NCBI GenBank assembly: GCA_039799905.1 | Contig: JBDLRP010000027.1 | Coordinates: 1 to 56,040, forward strand | Origin: Pseudomonadota bacterium | GTDB taxonomy: Bacteria; Bdellovibrionota_B; Oligoflexia; Silvanigrellales; Silvanigrellaceae | DNA length: 56,040 nt | Direction of reading: 5' to 3' | Part shown: positions 36,852 through 46,115 of the stretch, in pieces | How positions within the stretch are numbered: position 1 is the first letter of the stretch | Layout: each line of letters begins with the position of its first letter | The notes under the pieces: model-generated | What the model was told of the DNA's origin: nothing | The model's input: the letters and a program-made list of their open reading frames with translations, nothing else | The model's database searches: none | Translations under genes and position numbers: made by a program

Positions 36852-38029
36852 CAGCCGGCATCCACAACTTCAAACAGACTACCGGCCACCGTCAAACCCG
36901 GACCAAAGGCCATGCTGATGATCTTGGTGCCCGCAGGATAGCGACTTTCATCTTCGAGAACTTCGTTCCACACGTGCGGCAATGTCGCAGACGACATGTT
37001 GCCATAGCGCTTCAGGACAGAGCGGCTCGCAGCAATTTTCTCATCCGATGCTTCAAGGAGCTCCTGCAGATGATCAATGATTTTTGGCCCACCCGGATGA
37101 ATCGCATAAACCAGATCGGGCAACACGCTCTGCGCGGTCTCGCCAGCAGCGAGAATAAGGCGATCGACAAAACCCTTCACCGAAGCCGAAATTAGAGCTG
37201 GAACATCGCGTGAGAGTGTCATCGCCATCCCCCACGGAAGCGGGAGCCAAGTCATGGCTGCGGCCGACTGCGGAATCTGCTCTTCATTCATCGAAAGCAA
37301 TTTCAGAGCACGCATGTTTTTGGGCTTTTCAGCGCCAATCCGATAGCGGATGAACCCATCTGCAAACAGACTCTGGACAACCAGCTGCTCGGGAGAATGC
37401 AACAGCGGATTAAAATGCATTGTGCAGAGCTCAGTATGAACAACGTCCACTGACACAGAACCTGTGAACGTTTTGCCATCGCGCTGTTGAAGGCTCAGTG
37501 CAGCCGCCATACGTGTCGCCGGCAGCGCTGCATAACAACCCATATGATAGGCATGCAGAACTCGCGTACTTGCAGCGTGGTCGCGCTCAACCACCAACCT
37601 CTGCAGCGGACTGGGGCTTAAGTAGCCTGTACACGTCACATGAATAAGGTCGGCGGAAAATTTGTAATCATTGGGATACAGTTCGTTGCACTTTTCACGC
37701 ACAAGAGTGTCATACATCCGCTGGCGGGCCTCGATGTCGGCACCTGCAGGATTCTGGCTGAGATTAAAAATGCTCATCTTCTCCCAATCAAAGTGGGAAA
37801 AATCGGCGAGCTCATGTCCGCGAGAGGCTATTTTGTCGGGTGAACAGCCAAAACGCGCGATCAATTTCTCAAAAAGTTCCGGACTCAAATCATCTCGACC
37901 ACTCGGACGACCTGCGGCGATTTCAGCTTGCGCGTGAGCTTTTGCAAGCCAGTGGATGGCGTCGGTCTGCAACTTTTCGAACTGAGGCCGCACGACTTTG
38001 AAGCCGCTCATAAAGAGTGGTGTTTGCAT
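36851..38029 (-). CDS. Type III polyketide synthase (chalcone/stilbene synthase family)
   Basis: HVTCTG, HMGC (Cys), ELCT, LFADG, AIHPGG (His), YGNMSS (Asn), AFGPGLT. Confidence 0.95.
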   Translation of the reverse strand: MQTPLFMSGFKVVRPQFEKLQTDAIHWLAKAHAQAEIAAGRPSGRDDLSPELFEKLIARFGCSPDKIASRGHELADFSHFDWEKMSIFNLSQNPAGADIEARQRMYDTLVREKCNELYPNDYKFSADLIHVTCTGYLSPSPLQRLVVERDHAASTRVLHAYHMGCYAALPATRMAAALSLQQRDGKTFTGSVSVDVVHTELCTMHFNPLLHSPEQLVVQSLFADGFIRYRIGAEKPKNMRALKLLSMNEEQIPQSAAAMTWLPLPWGMAMTLSRDVPALISASVKGFVDRLILAAGETAQSVLPDLVYAIHPGGPKIIDHLQELLEASDEKIAASRSVLKRYGNMSSATLPHVWNEVLEDESRYPAGTKIISMAFGPGLTVAGSLFEVVDAG

Positions 38030-38048
38030 AACCTAACTCCGCTAGGTG

Positions 38049-39122
38049 TTATTCAACCGTTGTTCCGCCAGACGTCGACTCTAGCACGGCGACGGCAACT
38101 GCGTCAGGAGGGAGATCCGCCAAACAACCGTGATGTGTGAGTGGACAACTCATTTGTCCATGTTTTGAGCACGGCTGACAATTCAGCTGCCTACCGCGGA
38201 TGGTCAGATGATCGAGCACCTTAGAACCGGGCGAAAGCGGGGCGAAACCCGTATTTGATGGCGTCGGACCAAAGAATACAAAGGTCTTTGTCCCCGTCGC
38301 GCTGGCAATATGGAGAGGTGCCGAATCGGGCGTCAAAACAAACTTTGCCTGCCGTATGACTTCAATCAATTCTGGCAAAGGCAGACAGTCACGCGCATCA
38401 ACAACGCGGTCAAAAACAGTCGCGAATTTTTCATTCTCACGAATTTCATCAATGACCGCTGCTATGTCGGCCGCATCCGATGGACCACCCGAGAGCACAC
38501 ATCGCATGTGCGGCTGCTCGCTCAGCACACGGCCAATCACAGAAGCCAGCAAGCGCGGAGGATATTTTTTTGTCGCCCAAACACTTCCGGGTGCACAAAC
38601 AAAAAAAGGCGAATTCAATTGAAAGTCTGGAAATGCAGTCAGGAACCGCTTGAGGCTGCAATCCCCAGCTAAGGCCAACTTTGCATTTTGAAAATTGGAT
38701 TTGCCGACAAGTCCTGATGCGAGTCGCAAATACCGCTCTGACTCATGCGAGGCAGCAGACTCATCAATCTTTGAAAAAAACGAGTGCGCAAGCGATGAAT
38801 CCTTGAACGTAACCACTCGACTTTGTCTACTCAACACGGTGACTAGGCCACTCGTCAAAGACCGGTGGGCCAAAACAAATACCTCCAGATTTTCATCACG
38901 AATTTGTTTGGCAATTTGATTCAGTGAAAATATTTTTGCAGCTCCGCGCTTTTTCCTGACAATGACAGTCCGTGAAATCCTCTTGTCCGACGAATAGAGA
39001 GCGACGCCGGCAGGATTGGAAAACAGAACTATCTCATGACCCTCAAGCGCAAGCGCATCAATCAGTCGCCCCATCAGAACAAGATCGCCTACGAAGGCGG
39101 TATTGAAAACACCGACCCTCAC
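38049..39122 (-). CDS. Glycosyltransferase family 9 (LPS heptosyltransferase-like)
   Basis: AFVGDLVL, APGSVWATKKYP, PDSAPLHIASA, FGPT, CQPC..HG..CP..HHGC. Confidence 0.9.
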   Translation of the reverse strand: MRVGVFNTAFVGDLVLMGRLIDALALEGHEIVLFSNPAGVALYSSDKRISRTVIVRKKRGAAKIFSLNQIAKQIRDENLEVFVLAHRSLTSGLVTVLSRQSRVVTFKDSSLAHSFFSKIDESAASHESERYLRLASGLVGKSNFQNAKLALAGDCSLKRFLTAFPDFQLNSPFFVCAPGSVWATKKYPPRLLASVIGRVLSEQPHMRCVLSGGPSDAADIAAVIDEIRENEKFATVFDRVVDARDCLPLPELIEVIRQAKFVLTPDSAPLHIASATGTKTFVFFGPTPSNTGFAPLSPGSKVLDHLTIRGRQLNCQPCSKHGQMSCPLTHHGCLADLPPDAVAVAVLESTSGGTTVE

Positions 39123-39640
39123 AGATTCAACTCCATGACTAAAGCGTCCTCTCCCGAGCGGTAATAACCCTTGCGTCGGGAAATCTCCCGAAAACCAAGA
39201 CGATTGTAGAAGTGAATCGCAGGCGCATTATCGACTCCAACTTCCAACAGGAGCCGCCGGACATTGCATGAGCCTAGTTCTGCGAGCACGAAATCCATCA
39301 TCTCGCCTGCATAGCCCTTGCCGCGCAGCGCACTATCAACGATGATGAAATCCAAATCCGCACACTCTGCAAAAAACCTGATTTGCAAAAATCCCTGCAG
39401 CACACCGGCATCATCCGTCAAAGTCACAAGCCGATATTGCTCAACGCCGGTCTGCGGTCCGGCAAAGACACTTTCCACAAACCTCGAGATCTGAACGTGC
39501 GTAGGAGCGTACTTGCTCTGAACCGACAGACGCAGCAGTGAATCTGTCAACTTCACCTGCTGCTCTTGAACAAAATCTGATTCCGCAACGCCAAAAAGCG
39601 ACAAAGTCCAGTTCTCTTTGAGTAATTTCAGTTTGTTCAT
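39119..39640 (-). CDS. GNAT N-acetyltransferase, RimI-like
   Basis: RGKGYA, LLEV..DN..AI.FY..LGF..RRKGYY..GEDALVM. Confidence 0.85.
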   Translation of the reverse strand: MNKLKLLKENWTLSLFGVAESDFVQEQQVKLTDSLLRLSVQSKYAPTHVQISRFVESVFAGPQTGVEQYRLVTLTDDAGVLQGFLQIRFFAECADLDFIIVDSALRGKGYAGEMMDFVLAELGSCNVRRLLLEVGVDNAPAIHFYNRLGFREISRRKGYYRSGEDALVMELNL

Positions 39641-40293
39641 TTCAGTGTGTTTTTATCGGGAGTTGTTTGGTGCCAGTACCAACCAACTGAAAAAAGGTTC
39701 TTATTGCGTTCCGGCAGACCGCGGACTCTTATAAATGCACGCGCTCGCAAAACACTTTCCACCCATTTCTTTTTAACAGCTTCACTTGCTGAAAGAACTT
39801 CACCTGCCAAGTTGGCGATGGGCAACGGGAAGGATGCAGCCCCCAATTGTGAAAACTTTTTGAAACCTGCAAGCAGTTCCTGTTCACGAAGCACAAACAA
39901 ATTGAGCTTCTGAACGTCGATCCATACGAGGGCTATTTCAAAAAAAGTTTTGACGTCGGCGGGCCAAGATTTAATTTGCACAATGGTCTCAGATCCATTG
40001 GACGCCGGCAGTTGCACAGGTTTGAGCCAGTCAGTGGTTAAATTGATTGCCGGTTCATTTTCCTGCTTGGTCAGATTCCACATCATCAACAAAGCAACAG
40101 CATCGGCCGCCGTAAAGACATCGCCACCGACAGTCAACACTGCCCGATTCATCACAACTCGGGTCTGCGCGTCAACTTGGCCCTCAGCAGCAGAAAATGG
40201 CGACACTGCATAGCTCGAGCCGACAAAAACGACTGCCAGTCGAAAAGCTCGCACAAGAAAAACAGAGAATTTGTATCGCAGACATGCGCTCAT
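39637..40293 (-). CDS. Hypothetical exported protein (weak SurA-N-like pattern)
   Basis: Signal-like N-terminus; VVMNRAVLTVGGDVFT; coupled to neighbours on both sides. Confidence 0.65.
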   Translation of the reverse strand: MSACLRYKFSVFLVRAFRLAVVFVGSSYAVSPFSAAEGQVDAQTRVVMNRAVLTVGGDVFTAADAVALLMMWNLTKQENEPAINLTTDWLKPVQLPASNGSETIVQIKSWPADVKTFFEIALVWIDVQKLNLFVLREQELLAGFKKFSQLGAASFPLPIANLAGEVLSASEAVKKKWVESVLRARAFIRVRGLPERNKNLFSVGWYWHQTTPDKNTLK

Positions 40294-40965
40294 TCAGTTG
40301 ATTTTTCCCCAGATGAGAGAAGCTCCCCAAGTGCTGCCGCGATGACGCGACACCCGTGCGCTTTGCAAAAAGCGGTACTCGACCGAGATTATCAGTTCAT
40401 CCGCAAATGGAAACAAAAGAAGAGTTCCCACATGGGCCACTGGTTCAGATAATTCGTAGCGCAACGTCGGCACAAGATTTAAACCAAGACCGGAGTTTTG
40501 CCAGCGCGATACACCCCCCAGACCAAAAGAGACCAGCGGGCGAAAAAAACGGAACAGTCCGAATTGATAAAGTGACTCGGGAATCAGCGGACGCTGCAGA
40601 TCACTTGAGATAAGTGTCCACACATACTGACCTTGCCTCGGCCCCGTCCGGCCCAAATGAAGACCAACCCGACCATTCCAGTCGTCGCGCAGATATTGTG
40701 TCAGCTGGAGCCCATAAGCAGCATTTAAATTTTGCCCCTGAAGTTCGACTATTTGCGCCCCACGTGTGAGAGCAAATGCGCCCACGCTGAGCGAATTTCC
40801 CCTGACAAAATCGCTTTCCCACTCTACCGGCCGAAAGGATTGCCGATCTTTCAGGTCGGCGAGAGAAGGAAAAGAAACAAAACACGCTGCGGCAACAAAA
40901 AAACGTCTGCAAGTTGCGGCTGACGCTGATTTACGACGCGGCTCATTTTGCATTCGCAGCTCCAA
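40294..40965 (-). CDS. Hypothetical outer-membrane beta-barrel-like protein
   Basis: Signal peptide ending SLA; alternating hydrophobic strands with aromatic residues. Confidence 0.65.
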   Translation of the reverse strand: MELRMQNEPRRKSASAATCRRFFVAAACFVSFPSLADLKDRQSFRPVEWESDFVRGNSLSVGAFALTRGAQIVELQGQNLNAAYGLQLTQYLRDDWNGRVGLHLGRTGPRQGQYVWTLISSDLQRPLIPESLYQFGLFRFFRPLVSFGLGGVSRWQNSGLGLNLVPTLRYELSEPVAHVGTLLLFPFADELIISVEYRFLQSARVSRHRGSTWGASLIWGKIN

Positions 40966-41001
40966 GAGTATAGCGTTCTGGACATCTCATGAGGTCAGAA
41001 C

Positions 41002-41475
41002 ATGGCTGAAGTGCAACTTTACACGGACGGAGCGTGTTCTGGAAATCCGGGACCCGGCGGCTGGGGCTGTGTCCTGATTTCTGGAAATCAGGCGCGCATG
41101 ATGTCCGGATTTGAGCCGGCAACAACAAACAACCGTATGGAACTCATGGGAGTGATCTCCGGGCTGGAAGCGCTCAAACGCCCCACGAGCGTGCACATCG
41201 TCACCGACAGCAAATACGTTAAAAATGCCTTCACCGAAGGCTGGCTCGACGGGTGGCAACGCAATGGATGGCGCACCAGTTCAAAAGAACCTGTGAAGAA
41301 TCAGGACCTCTGGCTGCGCCTTTGTCATTTGCAACGGCTTCACTCTCTCAGCTGGGAGTGGGTCAAGGGTCATGCGGGACATCCGCTCAATGAACTTTGT
41401 GACAAGCTCGCCCGCGAAGCAGTCAGCACTCGACAGGGTGTCGATCAGCGCGCAGAAGCCAATCAAATCTCATAA
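41002..41475 (+). CDS. rnhA: Ribonuclease HI
   Basis: YTDGACSGNPGPGG, TTNNRMEL, TDSKYV, VKNQDLW, WVKGHAG..NELCD. Confidence 0.98.
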   Translation: MAEVQLYTDGACSGNPGPGGWGCVLISGNQARMMSGFEPATTNNRMELMGVISGLEALKRPTSVHIVTDSKYVKNAFTEGWLDGWQRNGWRTSSKEPVKNQDLWLRLCHLQRLHSLSWEWVKGHAGHPLNELCDKLAREAVSTRQGVDQRAEANQIS

Positions 41476-42075
41476 TAGAATGCCCAAGTTTATCTGCACG
41501 CGCATATCCAAACTGTCACCATCCGAGAGCCACCTGCGGCCCAACGATTCGTCGTTGCTCCACAGAACTTGCGGCAGCGTCGTTCGCAATCCATAGGCTG
41601 CGCTGCCTGTGAGACGATCGCTGAGTCGCACACGCCAACCAATATCGCCCGCCATTTTTAGCGACGAAACGTAGGCATTTTGCGCCCGCCGCTTTGCATC
41701 ACCGTCCTCGGTCACATCCGAGACCGTGAGATCCGTCTCTGCACGAAAAAATGGACCCATCAGAGAAACCGACTGTGGATAATACTGAAGACTCAATCCG
41801 GCCGTCAGACTGCGCTCCTGAAATCGATTTTTGCGACGAGTCTCCTGAACCTCGCCCAGCCATGCGAACGAAACACTTTCAAAGATGAAGTTCTCATGAG
41901 CAAGGCGATAGCGTCCCCACATCAGATCAGCGGGATTCACCTCGACAAATGAAAATATCCCGTCTTGGGCCGCAAGCTTTTCACGAAGCTTTTGGGCACG
42001 TGCAGGATAAGCAGAGAAGTAAGAAAATAAAATTACACCAAGCACGATTCGCACGACACGACCCAGGGCCGTCAT
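41470..42075 (-). CDS. Small outer-membrane beta-barrel-like protein
   Basis: Signal peptide ending ARA; amphipathic strands; C-terminal VQINLGILL. Confidence 0.7.
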   Translation of the reverse strand: MTALGRVVRIVLGVILFSYFSAYPARAQKLREKLAAQDGIFSFVEVNPADLMWGRYRLAHENFIFESVSFAWLGEVQETRRKNRFQERSLTAGLSLQYYPQSVSLMGPFFRAETDLTVSDVTEDGDAKRRAQNAYVSSLKMAGDIGWRVRLSDRLTGSAAYGLRTTLPQVLWSNDESLGRRWLSDGDSLDMRVQINLGILL

Positions 42076-42121
42076 ACTTCACTCCGGAATTGAGGTTCCC
42101 TGCCTGATTGTAAATTGAGAA

Positions 42122-44428
42122 TTAAAATTTTGGGTCCAGCACTGTCACGGTTTGAACATCACCGGCGCGAATTCTAACGATGTCGGACCACAGCAGACTC
42201 CCGCCGCGATCCTCAACTATCATTGCATACTGACCGGGGCTGGCACCGCAAACAGCGCGCAGATAGCGTGTCTTTTTGATCTCTTTGGATCCACGCAGAG
42301 CAACGACCTTGCACACGTCTTTTCCTGACCAAGTGTCGCGCACGCTGACAACAATTTCCTCAGGGTTCTGTCCGAGCGCCAGCGAATCCAAAGATATATA
42401 TAGTCCGCCGATGGTCTGTTCCTGCAGATGGGGAACATCGACATACTGAGAAACAATGTCATCCCATGCCTCAGCATCGAGTGCCGGCACCGACACAGAA
42501 TCCGACCGGTCCTGATAAATACGCGACTTGAGTGTTTCGATTTGTCTCAACATAACATCTGACATCAGCTGATCGCGCGAAAGCAGCACACGCGACTGGG
42601 GAGCACCGGGGTTGTCGGCAGACAGCCTGACTTCGATGATCTCCTGTCCGCCAGGAAAGAATTGAACGTCCTCGGCAGCCGGACGAACCGCAGAATAAGC
42701 AGCATCAGACTGAAGTAAAAAACGCGATACTTTTGTCCATACGGGAGTGTCAGAGCCGAACAACCAATCGCGGAGTCGCTTGTCTCCAAATTCCGGACTC
42801 ACGCCCTGAGATGACAACTCCAACACCTGCTGTGTGTCCAGCGGCTCGAGCAAAGATACCTTTCGGTACATCGCCTCCGACATATCGAAGGTCAGATCGT
42901 GTTCAAACGTAGAGGGCTCGACGTGCACCACAAACTGCCGGCGGACGCCGTTCACAAGCGCAACTTTGACATCAACCACGCTCTCATCAATGTTGAAAAC
43001 GCAGAATCTGCCATCTTCCGACAGCTCCGACAATTCGGAGGTCGGCAACGCGTTGGCCGAAAAATAATGTGCCTGCAGCGTCTTTTTGCCGGCACTCACC
43101 ATCACCTGACCGCCGGTTAAAGCGGCTGGAGTTTCATGTTCAACCCGTGCACAAAAGCCGCCCAAATTCATTAGATGCATCGATGAAAATGCAGCAGCAA
43201 GCTGATCAACATCACTGGTTTTCTGCAGATTGATCTCAATGCTTTTTTCACGGCCCGAGGCAACAACCGGAATCAACCTGCGGGTCAGGCTACCGTCCAA
43301 ATGCCAGACCAATAGCTCAAAACGAGTGTTGCGAGGAATATCACGCAATTCAAATCCACCAGCCGCGTCCGTCTGGACCTCAAAGGAGGTTCCGGCCATA
43401 CGCAACACAGCTCGGTCTTTCGCGTAACCGACAGGAACTACGACACGTCCACGAACGGTCACCTGATCGGACTGCGCAGGATTGGAGTCGATCGAAGCAA
43501 CGGGAGTTTGCGGAGAAATGCTCTTGAGCTGATCGCTCACTTGCTCTGCCGGCAGCTGAAGGTTTTCGCTTACCGCCCTATCAGCTGCGGTTATCCCGGC
43601 CGCCTGCGAATTGTTCGCAGCCTTCACGGCATCTGCGATGACAGAGGCCGGTGCCGGTTCAACTGCGCGCGCAGCATCCTGAGCTGCATAAGAACGGACA
43701 ACCTGGGTCGGAGTGACCGCATGAACACGTCCATTAACAACCGTGTATGTTTTGAAGGGGTCGAGGCCTGCCGTCTCAACTTCGGAGTCGACGTCTTGGC
43801 CAATCGCATAGCCACTGTCTGCGTCCAGTTCATCCAGCAAAGTCGTTTCAAGTTCTGCCAAACGCTCTTCAGAGACAGGCTCCGTGGAAGCAAGGCTCCC
43901 GACGAAATCCCTCGAAAGCAGACCGACCGACTGACGCAATGATTCCTGCACCATGCCATGGAATGTTTTGCTCACCCGCAGCACTTCATTGCGCGGCACG
44001 TCGGGAGGAAAGGTAATCTGGCCGCTCTGCTTTGCATCCCCAGCAAAGGCAAAACTCTCAACATCGACAACAGCATCCTGCACAGCACCGATTTCTGCAT
44101 TGAGCTTCACTCCCGCGAGAGTGCGCACATCGACCTTCAATGTGGATTGGTTTTCAGTCTGCGCGGTGCCCGCTGTGATGGGAGCGTCAGCTGCGGCCAG
44201 TTCAACTTCGGTTAAAGGAGATTCAGACTCGGTTGAGTTGAGAGCAGCGACCTCGATGGTTTCGCTCAGGCTGGACCAGACGGGTTCTGATTGAATATTG
44301 AGGTCGGCTGCGGCCAAAACGGAGTTGGCAACTGCAGAAACAAGCACTCCACGCCAGAACCACATTGTTCTGCGTGACCCGCTGAGTTTATTGCGTTCGC
44401 CCAATCTACCCCGAGCGTTGCCCCTCAC
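42122..44428 (-). CDS. Large acidic exported hypothetical protein with a carboxypeptidase-regulatory-like beta domain
   Basis: AAGGAG before GTG; signal-like segment; VTVRGRV...TDAAGGFELRDIP pattern. Confidence 0.75.
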   Translation of the reverse strand: MRGNARGRLGERNKLSGSRRTMWFWRGVLVSAVANSVLAAADLNIQSEPVWSSLSETIEVAALNSTESESPLTEVELAAADAPITAGTAQTENQSTLKVDVRTLAGVKLNAEIGAVQDAVVDVESFAFAGDAKQSGQITFPPDVPRNEVLRVSKTFHGMVQESLRQSVGLLSRDFVGSLASTEPVSEERLAELETTLLDELDADSGYAIGQDVDSEVETAGLDPFKTYTVVNGRVHAVTPTQVVRSYAAQDAARAVEPAPASVIADAVKAANNSQAAGITAADRAVSENLQLPAEQVSDQLKSISPQTPVASIDSNPAQSDQVTVRGRVVVPVGYAKDRAVLRMAGTSFEVQTDAAGGFELRDIPRNTRFELLVWHLDGSLTRRLIPVVASGREKSIEINLQKTSDVDQLAAAFSSMHLMNLGGFCARVEHETPAALTGGQVMVSAGKKTLQAHYFSANALPTSELSELSEDGRFCVFNIDESVVDVKVALVNGVRRQFVVHVEPSTFEHDLTFDMSEAMYRKVSLLEPLDTQQVLELSSQGVSPEFGDKRLRDWLFGSDTPVWTKVSRFLLQSDAAYSAVRPAAEDVQFFPGGQEIIEVRLSADNPGAPQSRVLLSRDQLMSDVMLRQIETLKSRIYQDRSDSVSVPALDAEAWDDIVSQYVDVPHLQEQTIGGLYISLDSLALGQNPEEIVVSVRDTWSGKDVCKVVALRGSKEIKKTRYLRAVCGASPGQYAMIVEDRGGSLLWSDIVRIRAGDVQTVTVLDPKF

Positions 44429-44525
44429 TTCCGTCTCCCTTTAGCAAAGAAAGCGCTCAATTCCATTGTCGGATTGCCAATCGACAGAATCCACTGCTCT
44501 TATTACTCCATCCGTCAAGCAACTG

Positions 44526-46115
44526 TCAGTGCCTTACGTCTTCCATGCGAACCTCGAGCTGCACCGAAAATGCCTTTTCAAAGGGAGCCTTCTCGCAGTC
44601 AAGGTCATACAGCTCAACTCCCGCCTCAGACAAATTGTGCGCCCAGACGCTAAGAACGTATTTTCCGGCACGCACCGAGGAAAATCTCACTTTGCGAATA
44701 CGGCCCACCCTACCGCGATCCAAACTTGCTGCCAGCCGCAGCACCGCAGAGAGTTTCGTCACGAATTCCATTTCCGCTGAATCCAGATGCTCAAAAATGT
44801 CTTCATCGGCACGCGGCACGCGCTTGCGATGAAAACGCACCAGAGTCCCTATGATTTCAAGTTCTTTTTGACTAAAACCCATCAAGCTCGAGTGGGTGAT
44901 AAGATACTGCGAGTGCTTGTGAAAGCCCGACTTATTTACAAACTTCCCACATTCATGCAGGTATGCTGCGCAACGAAGCAATTCGCGCCATTCAAGCCCG
45001 GGGTGACTCCTAAATTCCAGTGAATCAAAGAGCGACAACGTGAGGCTCGTGATGTGCCACGCATGAGACTCGTCGATGCGCAGTCGCTGTCCAAACTCTC
45101 GGACACTCTGCCAACGGACGTCCACAGCCTCTCCCTGCAGCCAGGAGGTTTCGCGGGATATTGTGTCGATGACAAGCCCCTCCCTGAGGGCCGTCTGAGA
45201 AACCTTGAACGACGACACACCGACAAGCTCGGCGAGTACCTTCAAAACCATCCCGCCGGCCACAATAATATCCGCGCGTTTGGCATCCATTTTGGGGAGC
45301 AACCGCCGCTCCTGTACCGAACGATTTCTGAACAACAATTCACAGGTCGAGAGCAGATCCTCACTCGAGAGTTCGGTTCCATGCAAAGCCTTGGGCACTT
45401 CAACACCACGACTCGCCATGGCGAGCATCTGCAGTGATTTGATCGTTCCCGAAGAACCGACGGCCAGATCAAATCCCAGCTTACGAATTTCGCGGCTGAC
45501 GGGCTCCAATCGGCTCACCACGTACTCCTGCAAAGAACGCAAATCCTTTTCCGTGAAAGGATCGTTCTTGAGAAATTTCTGCGTCAGACGCACAGCGCCC
45601 AGCTTGAGCGAGGTGGCGAAGCGAACTTCATTCCATTGGCAGAGCAATATTTCGGTGGATCCTCCGCCGACGTCGACTATCAATGTTGCTTGCGAAGCAA
45701 TTGGCAAACCCATGCGTACGCCCAAAGAAACTAGACGCGCCTCTTCAGGACCCGAAACAATATCAACGCGCACTCCAGACTTGCGCGAGAGCCTGCTCGC
45801 AAACTCGCTGCCATTGCGCGCCTCGCGCAGGGCATGTGTCGCAACACAGCGGATGCCCGCATCAAAGCGTGAAGCAACATCACGCATGCGCTTCAACACA
45901 TCGGTCATCTTGTTGAGTGCGTTTGCATCAAGCAACAATCTCTCATCAAGGTCGGCCGCCAGACGCGTCTGTTCCTTCATTGACTCAAGCACGCGGAAGG
46001 TTCCCTCGGGCTGTATTTCGGCTACCAGCATGTGCGTGCTGTTGGATCCGACATCGATGACGGCAATATTCCTTCCCTTGATCACACCCATTTGCGAACC
46101 CGACTGAGCACTCAT
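44526..46115 (-). CDS. ppx: Exopolyphosphatase Ppx/GppA
   Basis: IDVGSNS, ATHALREA, GPEEARL, VDVGGGSTE, LREG, HD-like LHECG..HKHS. Confidence 0.94.
   Translation of the reverse strand: MSAQSGSQMGVIKGRNIAVIDVGSNSTHMLVAEIQPEGTFRVLESMKEQTRLAADLDERLLLDANALNKMTDVLKRMRDVASRFDAGIRCVATHALREARNGSEFASRLSRKSGVRVDIVSGPEEARLVSLGVRMGLPIASQATLIVDVGGGSTEILLCQWNEVRFATSLKLGAVRLTQKFLKNDPFTEKDLRSLQEYVVSRLEPVSREIRKLGFDLAVGSSGTIKSLQMLAMASRGVEVPKALHGTELSSEDLLSTCELLFRNRSVQERRLLPKMDAKRADIIVAGGMVLKVLAELVGVSSFKVSQTALREGLVIDTISRETSWLQGEAVDVRWQSVREFGQRLRIDESHAWHITSLTLSLFDSLEFRSHPGLEWRELLRCAAYLHECGKFVNKSGFHKHSQYLITHSSLMGFSQKELEIIGTLVRFHRKRVPRADEDIFEHLDSAEMEFVTKLSAVLRLAASLDRGRVGRIRKVRFSSVRAGKYVLSVWAHNLSEAGVELYDLDCEKAPFEKAFSVQLEVRMEDVRH

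Noticed and set aside
45205..46107. 300-aa plus-strand ORF, and similar long antisense ORFs at 52189-53148, 31260-32171, 50038-50796 and 33850-34557
   Set aside because: Shadow frames of well-supported genes (ppx, glyQS, leuS, maeB) with no motifs
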